DNA of 63,343 nucleotides, counting the filler, from Octopus bimaculoides (lineage: Eukaryota), in the NCBI RefSeq assembly GCF_001194135.2. It is 5 parts of 5 records of this genome, joined end to end, with 100 filler letters (N's around TTAATTAATTAA, not from the genome) between each part and the next. Parts side by side here need not be neighbours in the genome. Positions count along the whole stretch, not along the records: positions 39,801 to 57,561 come from NC_068982.1; positions 57,662 to 63,343 come from NC_068994.1; 3 more parts are not named here. One strand, written 5' to 3'. The position numbers and the translations under genes were made by a program. This document shows positions 50,935 through 63,343 of the stretch, piece after piece. The notes under the pieces were generated by a model, which saw only the letters and a program-made list of their open reading frames with translations, searched no databases and was not told the DNA's origin. Position 1 is the first letter of the stretch, and each line of letters begins with the position of its first letter.

Positions 50935-51100
50935 CATAATCATCATCATCACCATCATCATCGTTTGACGTCCGCCTTCCATGCTAGCATGGGTTGGACG
51001 ATTTGACTGAGGACTGGTGAAACCAGATGGCTACACCAGGCTCCAGTCTGATTTGGCAGAGTTTCTACAGCTGGATGCCCTTCCTAACGCCAATCATCAT
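50935..51100 (-). mobile_element. RTE-type 3' tail fragment
   Basis: (CAT)n-CGTTTGACGTCCGC...CTGGATGCCCTTCCTAACGCCAA. Confidence 0.7.
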
Positions 51101-51329
51101 CTTATTTATTCCATCAAATATTCATACTCCGTATATTAAGGAGCACTTTGTCGGTTATGACGATGAGGGTCCCAGCTGATCTGATCAATGGAACACCTTG
51201 CTCATGAAATTAATATGCAGGTGGCTGAGCACTCCACAGACACGTGTATATATTTAACATCTTTTCTCCATTTTTAACAAAATTGTTGAGTTTTATGGGA
51301 TTTCTTTCCATAAATTCACAACACATCAT

Positions 51330-51759
51330 GTGTTCCTTTTTTTTTTCCTTTTACTTGTTTCAACCATTTGATTGCGGTCATGCTGGAGCATCGCCTTTAG
51401 TCGAGCAAATTAACCCCAGGACTTATTCTTTGGAAGCCTAGTACTAATTCCATTGGTCTCTTTTTGCCGAACCGCTAAGTTACGGGGACGTAAACACACC
51501 AGCATCGGATGTCAAGTGATGTTGGTGGGGACAAACACAGACACAAACACACACACATATATATACATATATATGACAGGCTTCTTTCAGTTTCCATCTA
51601 CCAAATCCACTCACAAGGCTTTGTTCAGACCGAGGTTATAGAAGACACTTGCCCAAGCTGTTACACTGTGGGACTAAACCCGGAACCATTTGGTTGGTAA
51701 AGCAAGCTACTTACCACACAGTCACTTCTGTGCCTATATGTGTGTGTGTGTGTGTGTGC

Positions 51760-51791
<32 letters not shown>

Positions 51792-52022
51792 GATTGTGTG
51801 TGTTTTTGTGTCTGTGTTTGTCCTTCACCACCACCATCGCTTGACAACCAATGTTAGTGTGTTTATGTCCCTGTAACTTAACGGTCCAGCAAAAAGAGAC
51901 CGATAGAATGAGTACAAGGCTTGCAAAGAATAATAAGTCTTGGAGGTCGATTTGTTCTACTAAAGGCACTGCTCCACCATGGCTGCAGTCGAGTGACTGC
52001 AACAAATAAAAGAATAAAAATA
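51330..52022. mobile_element. Inverted SINE family 1 pair (minus full copy 51330-51735; plus-strand tail 51810-52022)
   Basis: Tail sequences are mutual reverse complements; a (GT)n tract lies between them. Confidence 0.75.
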
Positions 52023-52137
52023 TGAATATGGACATAAACTTTTGGTAATAAATAAACAGTTGTGAGTATTCACATTTAAACATATAACTCTGTTTTATAT
52101 GAAGAATGTAGATGCAAATACTTCTATATTTGTGTGC

Positions 52138-52208
<71 letters not shown>

Positions 52209-55148
52209 ATGCACCGCACGCACATATATACATGGATAATGCATATTTATTGTGATTATTTCATACACTGACATAAATTACATTGGAAAATATTAGTTCA
52301 ACCATTAGATGTAACATACACTTCACATAAGATCTGTGTGACACTGGGTGAATGATAGACATCCATTAGCCTTTATGATAATATTTAATGCATTTTGTAG
52401 CTTCAGTATTCCATATATATTAACATATTTCTAACACGTGCTTCTACATGCTATATATTTATATATAGGCTGAAATGCATATGGCAATTATGCTTGTCAA
52501 GCATTGAAATATCTACTTTTGACTAAATTATATATGAAATTTTATGCATTAAATTTGGGTCTTAAAACGTATTGGAAATCATTTACTTTTTAGCTGTAAC
52601 AAGTGATATTTATAGTTTTTGTCTGGGTAGGTTCTTTTATGTTTGTTTACCAGGCAAACATGCCTCACACACACATGCAAACACATATCCATACACACAT
52701 ATATAGATATGGATATATATGCAAACATACATATGAACGTAAACGATGGCTGTCTGTTTGTTAGACGAGCATGACCATTGCTGACAGTGTCAGCAATGCA
52801 CATGCAAAGGTTCTAAATAGAGTGTGGCTTGCATGATAGCACAGTGTCTCTCACTTGCAATACGAAGAAGCCAAGAGACAATCAAAGTGCAGGATATCCA
52901 GCTCAGTTGAGCATCAGGTCTCATATATATGAGTTAGCCTTCCCCTAGAGGAGATGTTACCATCAACTGTTGGTAGCTGTTCTTTGGGGTCACTTTCAGT
53001 GACACAGGGTCTGCCTATCTTGTATCGGTTTTGTTAGTCACGTCTTCTCCCATGAGAAACAATATGCGAGACTTGGGGGAGGATGAATGTCATCGCTTTT
53101 GATGGGCTGTCATAAGCAGAGGGATACCATGACTAAGTCCAGGAATTCCTCACTCCCAGTGGACTTACTGCACCCTCAGACACCAACCACGGTATTTCTG
53201 TTTCCTGGTATATACTTACCCAAAATTCGTATACACATACATATATACACATTATTGGATGGGTTTTGGCTCCCTTGAGTTCATCCACCCTTTGATGGGT
53301 TTTGTTTTTCATATTGTACGTTGTCTAGTAAGTCATCTTTCTCATCATGCAACCTCAGTGAGGTTGCCAGTTTAGTCCCCAATGACAACCATATAACAGA
53401 TTATACTGGATTACAGGTTACTGGTAGCACTCAAGAGTGACCCATACATACATAGATATATGCATACATACATCACTAAATCCACAAGTTTTTTTATTCT
53501 CTCTCTGTTTATTTCCTTGTCTTCTTTTCTGTTGAAGAGCGTAAGCTCAAAACATAAAAGACTTTCTTGCTTTCCCAAGCATCAAACAAATACACCTGCT
53601 TGTTGTTTATACACATGTCTTTGTCTTTTGTTTTTCTGTAAATATCAACAACACACAAACATGTCTTGCTGATGTGAACATCTCTTTAAAAACTAAGGAG
53701 AAAGGGGATAATTATGGACAACTGCTTTGTAACATCCAGCTTCTATATTCAGATTACAAATTTACATTTATACCCATGATAATTGGTGCTCTTGCTTTTG
53801 TGAGTAAATGCCTAAATGACAGTCAGGATAAGCTTGAGTTTTCAGTGAAATAAAGCAAACAACTAACTTACACATTGCAAATACAATCTATAAGTGTAAC
53901 AGTAAAAATATTCAAGACTTTACTCAAGTTTAAAATGTGACGTTGTTGTTGTTATCAACATTCCAATGATGAAGCTTTGTATGTTTGTTAGAAACCAGCT
54001 CCTTCCCCAGAGGAAGATTTCAAACAATTAGAATCAAAAGGAGAACCATACATACATCTTCAGACATTTACACAGGCAAACAGGAGAAAAATGACCCAAT
54101 ACATGCTGTAACAAATATTTTTATTATTTCAAATCTCTTGGTTCATTCTATCACTACTTTCACTTCCTCTGCAATTCCTCATGTTCAGTCGCAGGAAATT
54201 ATACAGACTCCATAATATCTCTAAAGATGATTAATTTAAGCCATGACAGAGTTTCACCCATTTAAAAACTCAGTAAAGGACTATGAAAGTATTTAGTAAA
54301 TGTCATAAAGATATGTATGGATTTATAGGAAATTGCTGTGAAAATTTTCGTTTTTGGATTTGGTGAGTGTGTTAAATTGAGGCACCAAAAGAGAATGACT
54401 CTACCCAGACACAGCAGTTATGAAAAATGTTCAATCAAAATTTGAAGGTCATTAGGAAAATCATGGATGTGAAAGGATTTATATGAATTTGGCAGTTAAT
54501 GGAGAATGAATTAGGCTTAGTGGTTAGTGTGAGACCTGAGGAAGAACATTATAACTGATGAGAGCAGGGTAGACAACTACACAGAGTGGCATTGGATGGT
54601 GGTCATATGGAATTAATTAGATCTGTGTGATAGAGCCATTGTAGTTCATACAGAATAGGTAAAGGCAGGCTACAGACTGACTCTTCCATCACCGTAAGGC
54701 TTTCAAGACATGGAATAGTAAATGAGATCACCATAAAGAGACATCTATATGTCATTGGATTATAGTGAAAAATGCTTGTACAACATGAGTACTACTCTCT
54801 GAGTTTCTGTGATTAGTACCTAGTGACAGGCCAAAGCAAGATGGCCCTTAAAACCACAGCTTTTACATCAGATTGTCTCTCTCTCTCCCAGAACGATGCT
54901 TTGACAACGGTTTGGGGTCCATTACTCCCAGTGGTTTTTCCAAGTAACTTGATACCAACCAAGAGTATTTCTCTGTCCCTGCTCAGATGGAATGTCCCCT
55001 CACATGCTATTAACCTGTGGCTGAGACCCTGACAGGTGATACTACACCAGATCACTGTTGACCCAGGAACAAAAGTGGTTAAAAGATGGTTCCAAATGCC
55101 ACAAATCATTGGAACTCTTGACCTATAACTCCACTAATATATGCAAGT

Positions 55149-55254
<106 letters not shown>

Positions 55255-55267
55255 CATACATACAAGG

Positions 55268-55655
55268 TGCAGGAGTAAATGTATGGTAAGTAGCGCGCTT
55301 ACCAACTACATGGTTCTGGGTTCAGTCTCAATGCACGGTACCTTGGACAAGTGTCTTCTACTATAGCCTCAGGTTGACCAAAAGCTTTGTGAGTGGATTT
55401 GGTCGATGGAAACTGAAAGAAGCCTGTTATATATATATGTGTGTATGTGTACGTTTTTGTCCCCCTAACATCGCTTGACAACCTAATGCTGATGTGTTTA
55501 CATCCCCGTAACCTAGCGATTCGGCAAAAGAGACCGATAGAATAATTACTAGGCTTACAAAAAATAACCCTGGGGTCAAATTGTTAGACTAAAGGCAGTG
55601 CTCCAGCATGGCCACAGGCAAATGACTGAAACAAATAAAAGAATAAAAGAATATA
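55268..55655 (+). mobile_element. SINE family 1, near full length
   Basis: tRNA-like head, GGACAAGTGTCTTCTACTATAGCC body, (AT/GT)n spacer, tail ending AAATAAAAGAATAAAAG. Confidence 0.85.
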
Positions 55656-56265
55656 TACATGTACACACACATATACACACATACACACACACATACACAC
55701 ACACATATATATATATATAAGACATACACTTTCACACACACATACAGAATTTATGTGATTATACATGTATTTAAGTAAAGTGGATGTATTTATGTATGAG
55801 TGTAAACTTTTTCTAGTCTTCTTACCACATTGACTAGTGCTGTATCTTCATAAATACTATAATTCCATTTTCATCTCACATAACCAAGTCATAAAACCAG
55901 TTACACAACGTCAGCCAAGTTTTATATTCAGCAAACATGGCTACTGGCAGAGTGAGAGAGAAAAAAAATCCAAGTTTTGTACTTGTATATTCCTGCAACT
56001 GTGCATTAAGCATCGGCATTATGTTTATTAACAAGGAAGTTTTGTAGATCTGTTCAATGACTTAATTCACAAAGAGTCTAAGTAATGCCCATAAAAAGGA
56101 AAACGATGAAGCTCATGATTCCTAACAGGTCTCTAAATTGCTTTACCACCAAATCATTATTTCTCCGTTACTTTGAACCATTCCTTCTCTTTGAAACTGT
56201 TAGTTTTCAGTAAATGATATTTTCAATATATCGCATCATGATTTTCTCAGTTTCAACCAGTTAGA

Positions 56266-56320
<55 letters not shown>

Positions 56321-56984
56321 ACATTTCTCCTTCCCTCTAAATGTTTAGGGTTAATTCAGTCGATTTTACTATATTTCGAAAATCATAGCATCCAGCCAAC
56401 TCACAAGGAATCAGTGTTTGATATCTTTCTTGATGAGGATTATTGTGTAGAAATTAGGTCACCCAATAGGTTTCAATGCTACACTGTATTTAGTTTGCTT
56501 TAGATGGAAAAGGCATGCATACCAAGATTCACACATTCACATTCTCAATAGCAACAGCGATAATTAACTATTGACAATTCTGCTTAAGAAACCTCATGAA
56601 ATTGGCTCTATTTATCATAGATACAGAAAATTAACAAGATGTCTATTTCTGATGACTAAGATATACACGGACAGGTGATTTATAGTCATTTAAACCAACA
56701 CCAACAAAGCACTAAAACTATTCCAATGACTCTCAGATATAAAAAAGTCAAAGCTGATTTTAGTAGAAGTTACTCTCGTTATTGAGTGAAATAAATTGAA
56801 ATAGTGTAAGAAACTTCCCTACCTTGTCTAAATTACATACCTCTTAGATAAATTAAATAATTTTAAACTTTATATAAGGAGTTTACAATACGAAATTAAT
56901 TTGAAATTTTATACAGATTTGAATGTTGAAAACAAAATATATTTTTCGATATTGTACCACGTAAAAATCTCCCAAGCTGGTGAC

Positions 56985-57192
56985 ACATAAAAAAGCACTT
57001 AGTGTATTCTATAAGGTGGTTGGCATTAGGAAGGGCATCCAGCCGTAGAAACCATGGTGGAAACAGAAAACTGGAGCCTGCTACAGATCTCTGGCTTATC
57101 AGCGCCTGACAAACCTTCCAACCCTTGTCAGTTTGGAAAATGGATATTAAACAATGATGATGATGACAATGATGGTGACGATGATGATGATG
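56985..57192 (+). mobile_element. RTE-type 3' tail fragment
   Basis: GGTTGGCATTAGGAAGGGCATCCAGCCGTAGAAACC...(GAT)n. Confidence 0.7.
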
Positions 57193-57236
57193 TAAAATTA
57201 TACTGATGTATGCAAAGAATATGTAGGAAATTGAAA

Positions 57237-57268
<32 letters not shown>

Positions 57269-57289
57269 ACTAGAGAAAGAGGGAGGCTT

Positions 57290-57561
57290 ATAAATGCCAA
57301 AACCATCCCTGGCGAAGAACGTACACCCCAACACAGATTAGTAGTTAGCGACTTCGAGATCAAGGCAATATGGGTGCCCAGAAGTAGACCGGCCTGGAGG
57401 AGAAGGGTATGGAAACTTAAAGACCCTTCAAATGGACAGAGACTTAGAGACAAGTTACTTGAAGCATTTGGCGAAATAGAAGGGGATATAGCATCATACA
57501 ACGTGGAAGACAATCGGAGATTTCTGCGGGACAACCTGTTGAGAGCCACAGACGAGATCTG
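57290..57561 (+). pseudogene. RTE-clade LINE fragment (end of APE domain and linker)
   Basis: KTIPGEERTPQHRLVVSDFEI...RRRVWKLKDP. Confidence 0.75.
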
Positions 57562-57719
57562 NNNNNNNNNNNNNNNNNNNNNNNNNNNNNNNNNNNNNNN
57601 NNNNNTTAATTAATTAANNNNNNNNNNNNNNNNNNNNNNNNNNNNNNNNNNNNNNNNNNNNAGACGAAATACCGCTAAGCATTTTGCCCGGCTTGCAAAC
57701 GTTTCTGCCAGCTCGCTGC

Positions 57720-57855
<136 letters not shown>

Positions 57856-60800
57856 CGATTTCTTTTATTTACCACCAGGGCGAAGGGACAATACAGAGAC
57901 AGACATAAAGTGCGGAGGTTTACATACAATGGAATGATAAATAAAACAGGGTATACATTAGAAAGGAAGTACACATAGTATATGACACTAGAAAAAAGAG
58001 GGGAAAAAATTATCGTGATGGGATCCCCCTGATTTAGGAGGACCTCGAGGGATAATCAAGAAACCCCACCATCCACGATCACCCTGAGTACCAAGGACGA
58101 CAGCCCACTCCAACTTTTTTCTTCCGATTCACAGATCTACACTCTTGCCATTTTTGCAACTTTCACCCACCTTTTGATAAATTCACTCGAGGACAGCACC
58201 TCCCTCTCCACCCTCACTTTCCTTTTCAAGTGAAACTTGAAAAAGCTGATGAGGGTTTTACCAAAGAGGAAAGTTTCTGTCCTCTTTCTCTTCAGCCTCG
58301 TCCACAACCTCTTTCACCACAGCCACCAGACAAAGAAAACACCCTTGCCAGCTCGATTAAAGGAGGACGGCGAGGCAGTCAGTATTATGGACTCCGACGA
58401 CAGACGGATCTGTCCTACACGCGACAGCAGCTGTTCGACATAACTCCACAAGTCAGCAATGCCCGGACACTGAACGAGTGCATGCNNNNNNNNNNNNNNN
58501 NNNNNNNNNNNNNNNNNNNNNNNNNNNNNNNNNNNNNNNNNNNNNNNNNNNNNNNNNNNNNNNNNNNNNNNNNNNNNNNNNNNNNNNNNNNNNNNNNNNN
58601 NNNNNNNNNNNNNNNNNNNNNNNNNNNNNNNNNNNNNNNNNNNNNNNNNNNNNNNNNNNNNNNNNNNNNNNNNNNNNNNNNNNNNNNNNNNNNNNNNNNN
58701 NNNNNNNNNNNNNNNNNNNNNNNNNNNNNNNNNNNNNNNNNNNNNNNNNNNNNNNNNNNNNNNNNNNNNNNNNNNNNNNNNNNNNNNNNNNNNNNNNNNN
58801 NNNNNNNNNNNNNNNNNNNNNNNNNNNNNNNNNNNNNNNNNNNNNNNNNNNNNNNNNNNNNNNNNNNNNNNNNNNNNNNNNNNNNNNNNNNNNNNNNNNN
58901 NNNNNNNNNNNNNNNNNNNNNNNNNNNNNNNNNNNNNNNNNNNNNNNNNNNNNNNNNNNNNNNNNNNNNNNNNNNNNNNNNNNNNNNNNNNNNNNNNNNN
59001 NNNNNNNNNNNNNNNNNNNNNNNNNNNNNNNNNNNNNNNNNNNNNNNNNNNNNNNNNNNNNNNNNNNNNNNNNNNNNNNNNNNNNNNNNGGAGCCCACAC
59101 GCGTTCACCTTCTAGACATCGCTGCTGGTGGCGCAACCTGAGTGCGTGTCTGCGCATTAAAATCCATGGCATACCTAAGCCGCCACGCAAATGATGTTTG
59201 GCAGCAGACCAACCGCCTGACCATTGGAACGCGTCCCTTCCACAAGAAAATAAACAAGGGTTAATCGCTCTCTTCAGAGCGATCCACCACCGGTTGCGAT
59301 CTGGATGACCCGTTGTGGTTGCTCCATGTCCATCCTGGCACATCAGAGAAATCCAGTCGGTACCTGTCAGAAAGCTGGAAAGTCCTGAGCAGGTTTCGAG
59401 GCTTTTACACCCACTTCTATTATGTGCTAAGCCCACACAGTCCTTCCGTGAGTCCAAAATACCATTCCAGTCCCCCACTAGTACTAAAGTGCGAAACGTT
59501 CCCAAGAATGTTTCTAGACGCATGAAGAAATCTGGCCTTCTAGCCACTAGTCTAAAGGTACCACCTTCGCTGCCATTCACGTACATGACCGCCACCCTAC
59601 CACTCGGGTCCAGGAAGATAGCCTGTACTTGGAGATCTAAGGATTTCCGGAGTAGCATTGCTACACAGCCACCCGCTTACGATAGACCACAAGATGAGAA
59701 TACCTCATAGTCCTCGAAAATGGATGTTAGAGCGTGTTTTCCGGAGATCCTTGTTTCACTAATAGCAGCCACGTCCAAATCAAGTGACATGAGATCATTG
59801 AGCAAGTGACCTTGCTTCTAGGCTGATCCCAGGCCACGCACATTCCCACACCCCATTCTCAGCACAGCCATGCTAGCCGGAGAAAGAAAATGAGAAGGTT
59901 ACTCACCTTGGCTTTCAAGAAGCCCGGAAGTTCCGGGCTTCTCTACTGGTGAAAGGTTTTTAAAAAGCCCTTCCAACAGCCTTTTAGCAACTGAGAACTT
60001 TTCTATCATAGTTTTATAAACGTCTGACGATGTTTTAATTAAAAGTCTGTCCTTGGGCGTTTTGAGGATGAAATCCTCAAATTCCTTTCCTTCTGTCTCT
60101 ATACTGTTTCTATTTTGATTTACAAAATTCATTAATTCATTGTTACACTGGTTCACAACAGTGAATTTAATGGGTGCAGTTCATCTACAGTCTATTGAAT
60201 ATTCTTGAAGTTCTGTAATCGGTTGTTTCTTGGTTTCTTTAATTTTACGCTGTTGTTGATGTTGCAGTTTTTTTGAAGTTGTAGATCTTGTTCTTGCTGT
60301 TTTGTTGGAGTGATTGTGAATTGTGTTGCAGTTGTGGTTTCAGAATAAGTTTTTGTTGATTTCTTGGAGTAGGGCTATGTACTCTCCTCTTCTTTCGCCT
60401 ACCCGCTTTTGTCACAGTGATCTATTAATCATTCAGCTCTTACTTCTCCATGTCATTGCAGTTGATGTTGGTTTGGGAGGAAGAGTATTCAGAAGAAACT
60501 TGCTTGGTTTGGGAGTAGGTGTGAGAGTGGGTGTGGGAGAAGTTGTAGGAGTTTTAAGCACTTGTTTAGGAGTCTTAAGCACTTGTTTAGGAGTTTGCAC
60601 TTGTGATATTTGTAATGTTGGCAGCGGTGAGACTTTGTTTACTATTGTTTCAGGGCAAGAAGCCTTTAAGTATTTTACAGGTCCACATTTGTAGCATCTT
60701 GGATTTCTACCCTCTACGAACACTGACAGGTGAGTACCATCTAGGAGACCGATTAGATTGGGCAGCTGGTCGATATGGTCTTGCTTGCATTGCAAGGTCA

Positions 60801-61382
60801 GTTCCATACCTATACCTAACCAGTTTTGCTTAGGTAGTTTTTTACCTTCAGTATTGTGACTTCGTCTTCTTCTAAACCTGCCAAGACGGCCGCCACTAAC
60901 CAGATAATGGATATTTCTGGCGGCACATTCAGCACCCTAATCTTGGCAAGACGTTGGTCGCGATAGCTGGAAATTAAGAAAAAGTTGTCATTCCTCAAAA
61001 TGGTTGCGGAATTACATCTAGCTTCTTTTTCTGTCCCAAATCTCACCTCAATGGTTCCTCGGGTGATGTGGGTCTTTTGATCCCTCACGCGCCCAAGGCA
61101 TTTTTGTACTTTGCTCTCGGGAGCATTTTCCACCCGCCGAGACTTGACTCCGATTCAACGGTATGTTACTGTGCATCTTGCGATATTTTGTATCACGTCG
61201 GATGGAAAGTTTAGAGCTACCCTTCTCCCATCTCTGTTTTACAGCTTTTCTTGCTAATTTTAATTTTTCTTTATCTATGTAGGAACTTTCCATATTTCTC
61301 GCCGCTGACGCAAAAGATGCAATGGCGATATTTGCGTTTTTATCTTTCATTTCTTTCGTATTGTTGCTGCTGCTGCTGCTTC

Positions 61383-61437
<55 letters not shown>

Positions 61438-61680
61438 GCTGTTGTTGTTGTTGTTGTTCTTGTAGTTGTTGTTGTTGCTACTGTCACTGCTACTGCTGTT
61501 GTTATTGTTGCTGTCACTGCTGTTGTACTCGTTGTCGACACCGAAAGTTTTGACATTTCTTAGAGACGAAACATTTTTCGCCTCGGTGACATCATTAAGT
61601 TTAGGCCATTCCAAATTGATATTCTCAACTCTTCCTTGTTCTCAGTTTTCCCCGACAACAAGCGCATTCCTTTGTCGAAC
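57856..61680 (-). mobile_element. L1/Tx1-like non-LTR retrotransposon (ORF1 + ORF2, degenerate, central gap)
   Basis: ORF2 starts MAVLRMGCGNVRGLG, with DVAAISETRI and LVLVGDWNGILD (APE) and a C-terminal LKRKVRVERE..RW; ORF1 has a RCYKCG...SCP knuckle; AATAAA at the 3' end. Confidence 0.8.
59899..61614 (-). pseudogene. LINE ORF1 (gag-like, zinc knuckle), frameshifted, with an Asn/AAC-repeat tract near the N-terminus
   Basis: Frames 61614-61048, 61133-60816, 60807-60433 and 60156-59899 read consecutively; VFVEGRNPRCYKCG. Confidence 0.65.
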
Positions 61681-61684
61681 ATTA

Positions 61685-63200
61685 TGATGGCTTCTTTATC
61701 AGCCATCTTTAAGAATTACAGAAAATTGCAAAACATTTGTTTTTGCTGAAGAATTCCAAACACTTCTGAATGGACTGACATAATTCAATTTACGATGGAA
61801 TATATCCACCAACAACTTTCATTCCTCTAAATTCTCATTAAGAATTCCAACAACAAAATAGAAACAGACATCTACTATAGCCACCCCAGACACACTAGAA
61901 TGAATATCCCTTACAACCTGACAAAAAGTATTTGTACTATAGTATCTAATACAAGCACCAGGGACACACGACTACATGAGCTAAAGGATACACTCATCAG
62001 CAAGCACTACCCACCATCACTCATTGATATAGGTTTTCAATGTGCCCAATAACTCAACATTCACGAACCCAGAATAAGGACTTGCAACCAAAAGCCGTAC
62101 CATACATATCCACGCACAACCCCCTAAACAATGAGGCCTTCGACACCATCCTCCAGAACACCCCTCTGCTAAGAAGGAACCATAGAATGGGTTAAAGAGC
62201 AAAAGACAACCCAAGTCAATGAAAATTCTTCTAACACAGGCCCAAGTACACTCATCGACAACATCGAAACCGACAGTAAAAAAATGCAGAAGACCTAACT
62301 GTGGAAATATGTGTCAACCTAACTGAAGGATCAGAATTCTCCTTCAAATAGGGTCAACATTTTACAGTGAAAAGCAACTTCACATGTGCTTCGGAAAACC
62401 TAGTATATGTATTAACTTGCTCAGGGTGTCGAGAACAATACATTGGTCAAACTAAAAACAGTCTACGCCAGAAGATGACAGTACATAGATCCCAGATTAA
62501 AATACAAGAATACAGAAACACAGGATTAAGCGAGCACATCGATATTTGCACCACTAACGAACAACCCGACTTTAGAATTTTTCCCCTCTATAAATTCAGG
62601 GACAATGCAACCTATAATCAGCGCATTAGCAAAGAAGCATATTTTATCGCAAAATATTAACCTGTTTTGAATACTGCCACCACCACAGATGAAACTACTA
62701 CAAGAACAATTCCAACCACTACTGCTACGACCACAACAGGTCACTTTTAGGTCATTTGACCATTAAAGAAGATTCCAAGAACAATTTACTGTGTCACAGC
62801 ACTCCTGTATTTTTCTCTTTTTTCTTTCTCTTTCTCTCTCTTCTTTCCCTACTCCTACTTCTCTTCCTCCATCTTCTTCTCCTCCTTCTCCTTCTATTCT
62901 TCTTCTTCATCTTCATTTTCTTCTCCCTCGGCTGCTCCTGCTTAAACCATCAACTATGTACTCAAACTATCCCTTCAAATTTACTACTACCCACATACGA
63001 GGCATTCACAAAGGAATAGAGAGAGACAGGCAGACAGACTATCTGAAGACTATGGAAATATTTACCTATTCAAAGACTATGTAAATATGTACAAAACATT
63101 TCACTTAATTTTTTTCTCCAATTTAATTGTTTTCTTATTTTACTCTCAGTTGAAAAAGTCTAAAAGACGGAAACCAGTACTAAAACGTACTTCATGATAA
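61685..63200 (+). pseudogene. Penelope-like element 3' part (RT C-terminus plus GIY-YIG), degenerate
   Basis: IETDIYY, HPRHTRMNIPYNL, CRRPNCG, FTCASENLVYVLTCSGCREQYIGQTKNSLRQKMTVHRSQI and KEAYFIAKY. Confidence 0.85.
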
Positions 63201-63281
63201 AATTACTTTAGCATTTTCTACCTTGTCATATTTTCCTTATACACATCAACTCGTGTGTTACTTTTCTACCTTTTACACATG

Positions 63282-63343
<62 letters not shown>

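Noticed and set aside
52850-55090. Old LINE-like fragments near 52.9-53.2 and 54.4-55.1 kb
   Set aside because: I could not recover diagnostic motifs confidently.

Overview
Gap-rich (many N runs), AT-rich eukaryotic genomic DNA dominated by microsatellites and transposon relics. The SINE repertoire resembles what I recall from octopus/coleoid cephalopods (inference, not database-verified). I found no intact host gene, rRNA, bona fide tRNA gene or CRISPR array; most ORF-track entries are microsatellite or N-gap artefacts. Supported content: a full-length but broken Tc1 (DD34E); a mariner-like transposase fragment; at least five Penelope-like (PLE) relics, several with hammerhead-ribozyme (HHR) motifs; a decayed Ty3/Gypsy pol; a near-full L1/Tx1-like LINE; CR1 and RTE fragments; two Helitron copies; and many tRNA-derived SINEs. 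The two most interesting observations: (1) three copies of a TIR element with 8-bp target-site duplications (TSDs) that carry telomeric repeats; the two gap-free copies have a central (CCCTAA)n-(TTAGGG)n palindrome flanked by inward-facing CCAAT/TGAC modules; (2) a PLE terminal repeat in which a tRNA-like Pol III head lies upstream of a dimer-type hammerhead, also present as a stand-alone inverted pair. There are also unexplained decayed coding-like tracts (26.9-28.6 kb, 35.7-36.6 kb) and exon-like unique DNA at 43.7-50.1 kb. Many SINE and relic boundaries are approximate.
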